From a virus (lineage: Duplodnaviria; Caudoviricetes): a DNA stretch of 50,602 nt. Positions 35,305-45,600 of the stretch are shown one piece after another. Made by a program: the position numbers and the translations under genes. Positions within the stretch are counted from its first letter, which is position 1; the number at the start of each line of letters is the position of its first letter. The DNA lies in the IMG/VR virus record IMGVR_UViG_3300021379_000808, positions 1 to 50,602 of that record. The stretch is one strand, 5' to 3'. A model generated the notes under the pieces. That model worked only from the letters and a program-made list of their open reading frames with translations. It did not search any database and was not told the origin of the DNA.

Positions 35305-35903
35305 GCAACAAAACCAAAGAGTCTCTAGCCAAGCGAAGCTGGGAAACCCTTTCTGCGTTGAACGTGAATGACTACAAGCAAAAGAAAGGCAACCTTACTT
35401 ATCTGTCTTGGACCTATGCAGTCCAGATGCTGATGGAGCATTACCCCGAATCGACCTTTGAGATATTCGAGCCTGTTAAGTACAGCGATGGATCTGTTGA
35501 GGTGCGCGTTCAGGTGACACTGCGTGAGGGCTCTGAAGAAATAACCAAGCTGATGTGGTTGCCGGTTATGGATAACCGTAACAACGCAATCAAAGAGCCG
35601 GATGCAAGAAAGATATCCGACGCTAAGATGCGCTGTCTCGTTAAGTGCATTGGGCTCTTCGGCCTTGGTCTTTACATCTACGCAAACGAAGACCTTCCTA
35701 TCGGCATTGAGGTAGAGGAAGAGCCAGAGTTGCCGCCAGAGGGCACACTCAAGACGCTAGAAGATAAGGTCATTGCTGGGTCAGGCACTGCCAAAGACGC
35801 CATCGACTACCTACAAAGCAAGTATGCGACAAACGAGGCCATAGCCAAGCGTATGGCGGCGGCTGAGAAGCTCTGCAAGGACAAGCAGGAGAAGGCCGCA
35901 TGA
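35301..35903 (+). CDS. Sak-like single-strand annealing protein (DUF1071 type)
   Basis: LTYLSW, MWLPVMD.RN, MRCLVK.I..FGLGLYIYA.ED.P motifs. Confidence 0.88.
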   Translation: MSNKTKESLAKRSWETLSALNVNDYKQKKGNLTYLSWTYAVQMLMEHYPESTFEIFEPVKYSDGSVEVRVQVTLREGSEEITKLMWLPVMDNRNNAIKEPDARKISDAKMRCLVKCIGLFGLGLYIYANEDLPIGIEVEEEPELPPEGTLKTLEDKVIAGSGTAKDAIDYLQSKYATNEAIAKRMAAAEKLCKDKQEKAA

Positions 35904-36796
35904 TTACCATCAATCACCAGCAAGGATCTCAGGAGTGGAAGGATTGGCGCAGATCTAAGCTCAGCGCATCCATTGCGCCAGAGATTATGGGCAAGGGTTA
36001 CAAGTCACGTAGCCACGCAATACAAAACTTCGGTAAGGACATTGAGGTTACGCCATTCCTGCAAGAGCTGTTCGATAGGGGTCACAGGGCTGAGGACGCC
36101 GCAAGAACCGTAGCCTGTGAGATTGCTATGGAAGAGCTGTTCCCCGTGGCCGGAGAGATCGAGGACACCGACTTCCCGCAGGAGGCATCGCTTGATTGCA
36201 TCCGCGACCTTAGCGGCAAGCTAACCGCCTCTTTCGATGGCTTGGACTTCGAGCGCAAAATCATCTGGGAACACAAGCTATGGAAGCCAAAGATTCAGGA
36301 GTCCATAGATAAGGGAGAGGTTCCTCTGCAATACCGCATACAGATGGAACAGCAGTTCATGATCTCAGGAGCAGAGCGAGGGTTGTTTATGGCGTCAGAT
36401 CCCGACGTGGATGAGATGTGCTACCACTGGATCGAGCCAGATATGAAGCTCCGCCTTGAGCTACTCGATGCGTGGCAATTGTTCTTGGAAGATCTTGAGT
36501 CCTATCTAGTTGTTGATTGCTCAGAAGATAGCACTTGGCTTGATATGGAGCGCCAGCTCATAACCGCAGAGGAAGAGCTTTCCGCCGCTAAGACCAAGCT
36601 AGATAACATACGCAACGCCGTTACGATGTTCGCCAATGGTCGCCGCGTTATAGGCAAGGACTACAACGTCAGCACTGTAATGAGGGCTGGCAATATCTCA
36701 TACGCCAAGGCGTTCAAAGAACTCAAGATCGACGCTGATCTAGAGCCCTTCCGGGGGAAATCCACAGAAGTTGTTTACATCAAAAGGAATAAATGA
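35900..36796 (+). CDS. YqaJ/lambda-exonuclease-like recombination nuclease
   Basis: QGS.EW..WR....SAS, GH..E, ASFDG, EHK and Q..QQ motifs. Confidence 0.88.
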   Translation: MITINHQQGSQEWKDWRRSKLSASIAPEIMGKGYKSRSHAIQNFGKDIEVTPFLQELFDRGHRAEDAARTVACEIAMEELFPVAGEIEDTDFPQEASLDCIRDLSGKLTASFDGLDFERKIIWEHKLWKPKIQESIDKGEVPLQYRIQMEQQFMISGAERGLFMASDPDVDEMCYHWIEPDMKLRLELLDAWQLFLEDLESYLVVDCSEDSTWLDMERQLITAEEELSAAKTKLDNIRNAVTMFANGRRVIGKDYNVSTVMRAGNISYAKAFKELKIDADLEPFRGKSTEVVYIKRNK

Positions 36797-37197
36797 TGTC
36801 AGTTAATAAAGTAATTTTGGTCGGCAATGTCGGCACAGAACCAGAGGTCAAGACGTTCAGCAACGGAGGCCAAGTAGCCAACGTAAAGCTGGCGACATCC
36901 GAGTCTTGGAAGGATAAGCAAACCGGGGAGCGCAAAGAGTCAACCGAATGGCACAGCCTTGTGTTTAATGGAGGGCTTGTTGGTGTTGTTGATGCTTACG
37001 TGAAGGTGGGCGACAAGCTCTATGTTGAGGGTAGCATTAAGACCCGCAAGTGGCAGGACAGCGAAGGCAACGACCGCTATACCACAGAGGTTAGGGTCCG
37101 CGATATGACAATGCTTGGTAGCAAGCAGTCTGCGCCTGCACCTACACCACAGCCTTCTCAGGCAGAAGATTTGCCAGCAGACGACATCCCGTTTTAA
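36793..37197 (+). CDS. ssb: Single-stranded DNA-binding protein
   Basis: VNKVILVGN, TEWH, EGSIKTRKW and DDIPF tail. Confidence 0.95.
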   Translation: MMSVNKVILVGNVGTEPEVKTFSNGGQVANVKLATSESWKDKQTGERKESTEWHSLVFNGGLVGVVDAYVKVGDKLYVEGSIKTRKWQDSEGNDRYTTEVRVRDMTMLGSKQSAPAPTPQPSQAEDLPADDIPF

Positions 37198-37206
37198 GGA
37201 GGCGAT

Positions 37207-37575
37207 GTGGAATACAACAAGACAACACACGAAGAGCGGATGAACATCCTCAACGACTACGCCAAGGGCAAGCCCGTTGAGGACATAGCCAACGATACTG
37301 GCTATGGTGCGCCAACCGTTCGAGCTGTAATGAACCGACTCCTTGAGCTTACTTGGGAGCTTGAAGGCAGGAACGGACAGTGCCCGGGCATTCGAAAGTT
37401 ACGCAAGATGGGTATGTTCGAGGAGATGATCCTTATCGCCAACCGAAAAGAGGATGCGCTCAAAGAGGCCTATGGCCGCAAGCAGGGCGCCTATAGGATT
37501 GTTGGCGAGCCCAAAGAGGAGCTTAACTTTATCCAGCGATTTATTGCTTGGGTTAAGGGGATATTCAATGCCTAA
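37207..37575 (+). CDS. Hypothetical protein with N-terminal HTH
   Basis: G..VEDIANDTG....TVR; AGGAGG RBS with GTG start. Confidence 0.7.
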   Translation: MEYNKTTHEERMNILNDYAKGKPVEDIANDTGYGAPTVRAVMNRLLELTWELEGRNGQCPGIRKLRKMGMFEEMILIANRKEDALKEAYGRKQGAYRIVGEPKEELNFIQRFIAWVKGIFNA

Positions 37576-37867
37576 AGACAGACTTGAGCTGGCAAGGGAG
37601 GCCCAAAGGCAGGCCAGAAAAAAGGTTCGGTACGAGATAGATCACCCCGTCAATTCGCCCGGTCACTACAAGGTGGCCGGTATTGAGGTGAGGGATATAC
37701 AGCGAGAGCTTTGCTCTAACCTAACTGGCCTTCCCTCTTGCGACTACGGCAATGCAATCAAATACCTTTTACGTGCGTACAGGAAAGGAGACCCGGCCAA
37801 GGATTTGGCTAAGTGCCGTTTCCACATTGAGGCGTTACTACAGGAGATAGACAATCATGATTCATGA
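37568..37867 (+). CDS. DUF3310-like protein
   Basis: D.PVNSP.HY...IE...GNAIKYL.R...K....DL.K. Confidence 0.8.
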   Translation: MPKDRLELAREAQRQARKKVRYEIDHPVNSPGHYKVAGIEVRDIQRELCSNLTGLPSCDYGNAIKYLLRAYRKGDPAKDLAKCRFHIEALLQEIDNHDS

Positions 37868-38093
37868 GCCCGATCTATGGAGAAAGGCGCCTAACTGGGC
37901 GCGTTACGTTGCACAGAACTCAGACGGTGTGCTGGTTTACTTTGAGAAGAAGCCACACGCACGTCTAGGGGAGGGTATTTGGTATGCGGCTGGCAAGTGT
38001 GAGCCAGTCGCGTTCAAGCGCCCTGACTGGGCAAAGTCTTGCAAAGAACGACCGCTAACGAGGGAGCCGTTCTATGCTGATTCATCTGGATAA
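37857..38093 (+). CDS. Hypothetical protein
   Basis: W..AP.WA.Y.AQ..DG....FE.KP motif; AGGAG RBS. Confidence 0.75.
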   Translation: MIHEPDLWRKAPNWARYVAQNSDGVLVYFEKKPHARLGEGIWYAAGKCEPVAFKRPDWAKSCKERPLTREPFYADSSG

Positions 38094-38325
38094 ATGGCTT
38101 TATGTAACAGGCACACCTAAGACAACCTTCAGGGGATGGAAGAAGAAGCTCGTTAAAGGACAGCACTATTTCGTTAATGGTCGATCAACTTACGTTGACG
38201 CCAAGGAGATGGACAATTGGCTAAGGGCATCAGGCGCTGGAGAAACAAGTGGCAGTTACGAGCCACAGTTGACGGTAAAGCGCACACCCTCACGCTCGAC
38301 TACCCAGATACTCAAGCTGGTCTGA
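38074..38325 (+). CDS. xis: Excisionase-like protein
   Basis: Small basic wHTH-like protein (G.HY...GR.TYVD...MDNW) upstream of and overlapping int. Confidence 0.65.
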   Translation: MLIHLDKWLYVTGTPKTTFRGWKKKLVKGQHYFVNGRSTYVDAKEMDNWLRASGAGETSGSYEPQLTVKRTPSRSTTQILKLV

Positions 38326-39260
38326 GGAAGGCCGTAAAGGCTAGGAAAGTCTGGCTTGCTCAACTCAAGTCTGGCTGTGTCGAGGATGTGCCTCAGTTTG
38401 GTGTGCTTGCTCAAGAGTACCTACGCCAATCTGACCTAAAGCACTCCACGTATCACGTATACCGTAGAGCGTTAAACCAGTTTTGGATGCCGCATCTAGC
38501 TACGGTTGGCGTGGACCGCATTAAGCCGAGTGTGGTCCGCGCCATACTTAAATCCCACGATGTAACCTCAAAGACAAAACGCAATGCGCTCATACCTTTA
38601 CGCAAGGTGTTCGAGCTGGCTATCGAGGAAGACTACATCGACACTAACCCGGTAGATTCTGTGCGGGTTAGGCGCCACCAGAAGCCCCCGGTTATTCGAT
38701 TCACGCCAGAAGAAAAGGCAAAGATACTCAAGCGCCTTGATGGGGACGGCTACCTGTTCTATCTGATTGCCTTCGAGACCGGGATGAGAACCGGGGAGAT
38801 ACTGGGCCTCAAGTGGGAGGACCACACCGGGGACAATATCCATCTATCAAGATCCATTGTGCGCGGCAGGATTGGATCTCTAAAGACTTACAACGCTAGG
38901 TCAGTGTTCGTATCGCCCAAACTGCGGAAGGTGCTTACAAGTCATCCTGATCGCTTCAAGGGAGGGTTTATATTCGTCACTGCTAACGGCGATTATTGCC
39001 GAGACGATGACAGGTTCAGAAGGGCTTGGCACAAGGCATTAAAGGGAGCGCGAATAACCTATCGAAGGCCATACACTTGCAGGCATACTAGAGCATCAGA
39101 GATGCTGATGGCTGGGGTGGAGCCAGCCTTTGCGGCAAGACAGCTAGGCCATTCAATACAGATGTTCTTAACGGTATACGCAGAGTGGATAGATGGCGTT
39201 AAGGATGTACAGCAAAGAGAGATACTTAAAGCCATAGGGGGCAATGATGCGAGTAGTTAG
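38217..39260 (+). CDS. int: Tyrosine integrase
   Basis: TGMRTGE, K, YTCRHT, LGHS and VYA catalytic motifs; N-terminal arm-binding-like domain; TTG start after AGGAG. Confidence 0.92.
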   Translation: MAKGIRRWRNKWQLRATVDGKAHTLTLDYPDTQAGLRKAVKARKVWLAQLKSGCVEDVPQFGVLAQEYLRQSDLKHSTYHVYRRALNQFWMPHLATVGVDRIKPSVVRAILKSHDVTSKTKRNALIPLRKVFELAIEEDYIDTNPVDSVRVRRHQKPPVIRFTPEEKAKILKRLDGDGYLFYLIAFETGMRTGEILGLKWEDHTGDNIHLSRSIVRGRIGSLKTYNARSVFVSPKLRKVLTSHPDRFKGGFIFVTANGDYCRDDDRFRRAWHKALKGARITYRRPYTCRHTRASEMLMAGVEPAFAARQLGHSIQMFLTVYAEWIDGVKDVQQREILKAIGGNDASS

Positions 39261-39498
39261 GTTTTGTAGTACGTGCGAGGATTATGAGGAAAGAGAGATA
39301 CCGATTAACTCAGCACAGCTTTACGACTGGATGTCAGGTACGCCGATAGAGATTGCGGCAAAGAATCTGACGCAGGAGGATATGGAGTTCCTTTTGTTCG
39401 ATGAGGGGCCGGGCTGGCACAAGGATTGCGGTGACGGCAACCGAGGTTTCGGCTGGGAAATTGGATCAGAATTGGACCAGAAGGACACAATTCATTGA
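39244..39498 (+). CDS. Hypothetical protein overlapping the attP arm
   Basis: CxxC...W..G..I..A..NLT.ED.EFL pattern. Confidence 0.55.
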   Translation: MMRVVRFCSTCEDYEEREIPINSAQLYDWMSGTPIEIAAKNLTQEDMEFLLFDEGPGWHKDCGDGNRGFGWEIGSELDQKDTIH

Positions 39499-39634
39499 TT
39501 TAAATGGCGCGCCCGGCAGGACTCGAACCTGCGTTCGGGTGCCCTGTAGTGTACTGCAATGCCCGTAGATACTCACTTTCGCTTTCGCTACGGACAAGGC
39601 AACTCATAAGAGTTGGACCAGATTATTGGACCAG
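39461..39634. other. attP: tRNA-Arg-like 3'-end core (39505-39533), four arm repeats and an IHF site
   Basis: Minus strand CGCAGGTTCGAGTCCTGCCGGGCGCGCCA; TTGGA(C/T)CAG at 39461, 39472, 39613 and 39626; AATCAATGAATTG (minus, 39488-39500) matches WATCAANNNNTTR. Confidence 0.85.
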
Positions 39635-42600
39635 TTAGCCAGCGCGGTCCTGCATGAATTCATCGTACCGCTTGTTGAAGCGATCAACGATATCGTCCTT
39701 GCTTTCCCTTAGCGCTTCGAGCTGTTGCTCTCTATCGGCAGGCGTTAGGTCGTCTCGATCCCGTATTCTCATCTCACGCTCGCGGATACGACGCAATCGC
39801 TTATAGACGTTATTGGCTTTTGGATACAGCGTTCGTATTCCATTAAAGCCTTCGTCGCTTGCCTTTCTTGCATTAGAGTCAGGCGCGTCATTGTATTCCT
39901 TGCGAGCGTTGATAATCTCCTGTCGCCTTTCGTAGAAGGTGTCGATGTCTCCGTAGTCGGACTGATCCTTACCAACAAGAACCCGAGCAAACGGCACATT
40001 AGCGATCTCCAACTGCCTGCCAGTAACGGGCCTAAATATAGAGTCGCCTGTACCTGTGGCCGTTCTCAATAAACCGCCGCCTGCGTACTCGATAATCTGC
40101 TGTAGAGTCTCTGGGCTAACGTCTGTAGAAATGCCCATAAGCTCGCCAGATCTGTACTCAGATCCGCCGCCAATAACGTCATTAAGGAACTGAGCCACCT
40201 GAACATAAGGCTCTTTGGTTGAAGGCCAGTACAAGTAAGCATCCGCCTTCTGTGCTCCGCCGGGGAAGTTTTCTGGGTAAATCTTCTCACCGAAGTAGTT
40301 AGTGTTTACTGCAAGCTCAGTGACCGGAAGCACAATGCTTGGGCTTATCGTTAGTGCCGCCTGAGCCGCCGCATTTTCCGCCCTGTGCAGACTGAACGGG
40401 GAGAACGACGTTGTGAAGCTAGACACCAAATCGCCAAGAATATTATCCCTTCTGCGCTGTGATCCTTTGAGCGCACCTTCCACCGAGTCGCCAAGATTCC
40501 AGAAGAAGTTGTAACCGTAGGGCAAGGGTAGCTTGTAGTAATCCCCGCCAGATCCGGGCTTCATAATGATGAGATTTCTTTCTCGTATGCCTGCGGGGAT
40601 CTTGTCCCAGAAAGCTTCGCCATCATCATCCTCACCACCCACTTCTCTCATTAGAGAAGCAAACCCAGCTCCGCCAGCAACAATGCCGCCAGCTATCTTC
40701 TGGGCTAGGTTTAGATTTCTCTGCACCTGAATGTTTCCTTGGCTGTTGACCTGAAGAGGGCTCAGTGTCCGCAAGAACTGAGTGGTTCCCTGAACTGCCG
40801 CGTTAAAGAACATATATAGCGAATTAACGAATGTTCCTATCTCGCCCTTGCGGTTAAAGTTCACCGTCATATTCTTGGCTAAGGACGCCGCCTGCTTGCG
40901 AGCAACGCCTGCCTTCCTAGCCTCGATATAGGCCGATAGTCTGACGCCGTTTTCTACTGCGCTGTTGTATTTCTCAACCAGCTCAGCAATCTTAACGCCA
41001 GCCTTCATCAAGTCATTCTTGGTGCCGGGGCCAGCTCTGCCTAGCTTCTTCTCTAGATCTGCGGCAATTGTGTCAACATCTGGAGAGTCAAAGTAACCAG
41101 TCTTTGCGCCGTCGTTAAGAAACTCTTGGTAGTATCGACGATACTCAGTAGCTTCTGGGTCAGAGTCGTCATTAACGGCATCTTGCTTATTGGATGATCT
41201 GATTGCGGCAATAGCCCTTGGCGTACCTGAGACAACTTTACCAGCAATCTGATTACCGTCTAACTTCCCGCCATCCATAGTGGCCTCTGCCATTAGATTC
41301 AGCGCCGCCGCCTGAATATCACGGGCGAAGTTCGTGACCACAAACTGAGGGTTGTATGAGGTATTAACAGATGCCAAGAACCGGGTCATCCCAGCAACAA
41401 CCTTGGTTACTGCGCTCAATCGCTCAGGACCAACATTCTGCATTGCATTAAGCAGTCGCTGATCCTTGACCTTGATGTAATGGACAATGCCATCCCGCTT
41501 GACTGCGTAGTATTTGTCTGACCCTGCCATATTGACCGGACCCTCTCTAACACTTCCGTTACGGAACTGCTCCTCAGTGTCCGGGTTTGCGTCAGTAAAG
41601 ACTTCCCACATATCAGGATCTGGGTTGCCCTCAACAAGATTAAGGAAGGTCTGGCCGACCTCGTTCTTCCTGTTGCGGATGGTCTTCTCTGTGAGATCCG
41701 CAATAACCTGAGATGTTGGGCTCTTCGCTTTGGATCTTCGGCCTAGTGCGCGGCGCGACTCTTTGCCTCGTATGTCAAAGCCCCTGCCTGTTCTAATTCT
41801 ATTGCCGTTAGAATCAACCTCGTCGTCAGCGAATCCCCGCAATGGGATGTAGTTTTCATACATACTCTCCCAAGAACTAACCTCCTCATCCGAGGCTAAG
41901 CCGCCAGACTTAATAAGATCTCGCGTAAGCTGAGTCATTGCGTATACTTGATTGGCAAGTTGGTTGTAGTCTGCCAGCTTCCCGGATCTCTGTACGCGCT
42001 GTATAACCTCTGCCGCTTCAGCGTTAGTCATACCTGAGCCACCGTCAGGTAGCTTGTCATTGATTGCCGCAATCTTACGGTTACGCTCTGGTGCGTGACG
42101 AGCCATCAGGTACTCGTCTAGATCGGCAACGCTAATGCCAGTCTTCTCAAGTAGCTCGACAAACGGACGAATCAGACGAACCTCTAGCTGTCGCAAGTCT
42201 TCTTCGGTCTTACCGTAAAAAGCCTCTTCCGCTAGGTAAGCGTCCTCGTCAAAGTCCAGCTTGCGCTCTTGCGTTTCCTCAATGAACTGCTGAGTGCGCT
42301 TGAGGCCGACCATTTTGTCTTGGAAGGTGCGGATGAATTTATCAGCAATAGTCTCTTCAGGCGGTCGCTTAGGGTAGATTCTCGCCGAGTCCCGCTGGAA
42401 CATTGGCAATCCTTCCTCTGTAACCTTCTGCTTAAACTCATCAGAGATAGGTGCGGCCCAGCCACGAATGCCTGCATCCTGCATGAGCTTCATTCTGAGT
42501 TTTTCTTCAGCTTGCTTTCTTGCGACCTCTACACCTTTGTCGGTGTAAATGTCCATAAAATCAATAGCAAGATAGTCGCTATTAGAAGGGAAAGTGACTG

Positions 42601-45600
42601 AGAAAGTGATCCTGTTGTTGTCGGAGTATTGGTCTCTGTATTTAATCTCTGCTTCGCCTGCGACCTTTAAAGCGTTCTCGTAAGCGGCAGTCGCATCAAG
42701 ACCCTGAACATCCACAGGGTAAGGCTTAACGCCGAGAAGCTTTCCTATCGCGCTAACGTGCTTCTTGTCATAAATCTGCTCGTAGAATCGGCCCCAGCGA
42801 TTGTTCAGCTGAGCGGCGCTTGAAATCATCAAGGCATCCTTGCCCTCCTCCACTGCGGTGATAAGCATCCGCTTGAGAGCAAGCTCCGCATAACGATCTT
42901 CAGTAAAGGGTACGTTTGGTGGAGCGCTTTGTGAATTGGCAAGCCTTCTTCTCGCGTCATCACGAGCCTTAGATTTCTTTCTGTTTTCGACCTCTAGACT
43001 TGCAAGTTCCCGCAGAAACCTATCAAGGTCTGGCTCAAGATCAGTAACCTCTTTAATGCTTCCTAGGTACGTTGCCGATGAAGAGTAGCTAATGTCCTTC
43101 CCCTGAAGCTCATCAGCAAAAGCCTGCCTAGCAATGCGTAAAAAATTATTGTAACTAGGAGTTGGATCTAAAATTCCCGGAGCATCCATTCTGCTCACCC
43201 CAAACAGATCCCCAACAAGCTTGGACACATCAGGGCTCAATAGCAATGCTTTTGCATTCTCCGCTACTGTGTCAATTCTCATTTGCGTACTGGCCATATC
43301 CAAGTCGATTTCATTAAGGGCTTTTTCGTCCCTATCAACCCTAGCCTGATCTCTTGGCCCTCCAGCTCTGCGGATATCACTCTGCCAATCAGACTGCATC
43401 TCCTCGATCATGAGGACATTGCCTAGCGCATTACGTCTATCGGTAGCGAGGACATTAAAAAGTGCGTTTTGCCCAAAGTGGCTTGAGTAGTATTGGCCCC
43501 ACTTGTTGTCAATGGTTGTAACAAACTCCCGGTACTGATCCCAATTCTCTTCTTTGACATCACTCAAGTAGTCTAGAAACTGGACATCATCTCCAGTGGC
43601 TACATACCCATACTCGTTAAGGTAGTTTTGAACCTGAACCTTGGCTTCGTCTAGGTCATAAACAATATCAAAATCACCCGTTTCTCCTCTCTCTGGGGTT
43701 ATTTGAATGCGCCAGCCCATATCATCGCTTCCTGAAATTTGGGCGTATCTGATCCCATCAACATCGGTAAGCAGATCAACGGTGGTGTATGGATCTGAGT
43801 TTATGTAGTCCTCTCGCGCAGTAACCCAAGCAACTTCGTCAATTTCGTTTTCAAACTCTGCCGCCAATTCAGGGTAAACTGTTTTTGCTCCAAGCTCCTT
43901 CACAAAAGAATAAACACCAGCCTCAGCGAACGACCCCCTGCTTAGGTATTCTTCTTGGGCTCTCGCGGTCACATCCTCATCGAATACGCCGCTTGATAAA
44001 AAGTCATAAACCTTTTGCTGATTTTCAAAAATAAAGTTGCTAATTACATCGCCAGCTCGACCCGCAAAGTCGCCCTGCTTTATCTCGTACTGGATGTCAT
44101 CCCAGATATACTCGTAGTATTCCTCGCTGTCTTGTATTTCAGGCTCACTGTACTCTAGCCCATCTTCGCTAATCTCAAATCCAGCCTGAGTTGTGGACTC
44201 AACGTCCTCCTCTAACTGTGGCGCCTCATCCCGCAAGAACTCAATCACCTCATCGCGAGTAAAACGACGGCTGGGGTCTTCGGTTAGGAACTGCTCAATC
44301 TCAGTGTACTGAGCCTCATCTTTTTTGATGCCCTTCCCTTTGAGGAAAGAAAAGATCTGGTCTCCACGAACGCTGGCGTCTGGGTTTTTCTTTGAAGGCT
44401 TAAAGATTTTATCGCCTTGGTCAATGATGACCTGCTCAGTGTTGGAGTACAGCTTTAGAGGGGTTTGCTTTGCTCTGGTGCGCTCGCCCATAATAAATGA
44501 TGGACGACCCTCTTGAGCGTTAGTCTGGTTGTTTAAAAAATTGTTCCGAGCTCTTTTTGCTACTAACGAAATATCACTTGCTCGCATACGCGATAGCTTC
44601 AAGAATGTGTTGTTGCGGAACCACTCGCGGATAGCACCAATAGCCTCGCGGGTACGTTGCTGTAACTTCTTAGAACCCTGCTGTCCTGTGTAAGCAAGCA
44701 TCTCGTTCACAAGAACTGCGTTGCGAGTATCTTGGTCTAAGCTGGAACCTTTCATTCCGCTAATATAAGGGCGCACATTAGCCTCAATGCCAAGCTCTCT
44801 AGCCAGCTTATCAAAGCCTTTCTGTCCACCCATTGCGGTCCACATACGATTCAGCGCTTTGTTGACGCCCTGATCTCGGTACATATCCATCACGCCGCCG
44901 TGAGTGCCTTCGTGTAGAAGCGCCTCTTCAACCTGCGATTCAGTCGCGAGCTTACCCTTGACGAGGTATACTGTCCCTCTATGGTAAACCGCGCTAATGT
45001 CCGCTCCATCGGAGCCCTGATCTCTTGCCGCTTGCTGGATTTCTTCCGGAAGCTCCGCAAAAGAAGAGCGCACGTCTACTCGATTACGGGCATCCCCGTC
45101 CTGACCGACGACCCTATCGAGGACAGAATTGAATTGTTCATCGTTGATGACGGGTCTTCGAGTGGCTCCTCTCTGGAATGAAGTGTCTAAACCTCCGTCT
45201 TCCTGAATGCCTCCAATCTCTGCATCACTACCTGTAGCTTGTCTCTCGCCGAAAGCTTCAGCTCCGGTCTGATCTCCAATGGGCGGCTGTAAAGTTGCTC
45301 TTCCTGATCCCTCGTTAAACGATTCAACATCTCGCTCTTCGGATTCGACAAGGCTTGCTTCTTGGGTTGGCTCTCTTTGCGATCCATAGCTGGCATCAAA
45401 AGACTCCTGATAATATTGGTCAACGAATGCTATTTCGTCGTCAGTTAATGGGCCGAACTCATCCTGAAGCTCAATAAGAGTTCGTGATATTTCTTCCTGC
45501 TCAACTTCTAAGCTAGGAATATCCGCTCTGCTATCGCCAACGAATACGCGATCATTAGACTGGATGGCCGTTGTGAAAAGATCCAAGACTTCGTTGGCTG

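Noticed and set aside
38322-38352. Third hammerhead (CTGAGGA-AGGCC...GGCT-AGGAAA)
   Set aside because: GAAA does not follow stem II directly, stems I and III are absent, and the site is inside int
39505-39560. Complete tRNA gene
   Set aside because: Only the T-arm, acceptor 3' strand and CCA are present; no D or anticodon arm, so it is treated as the attP core
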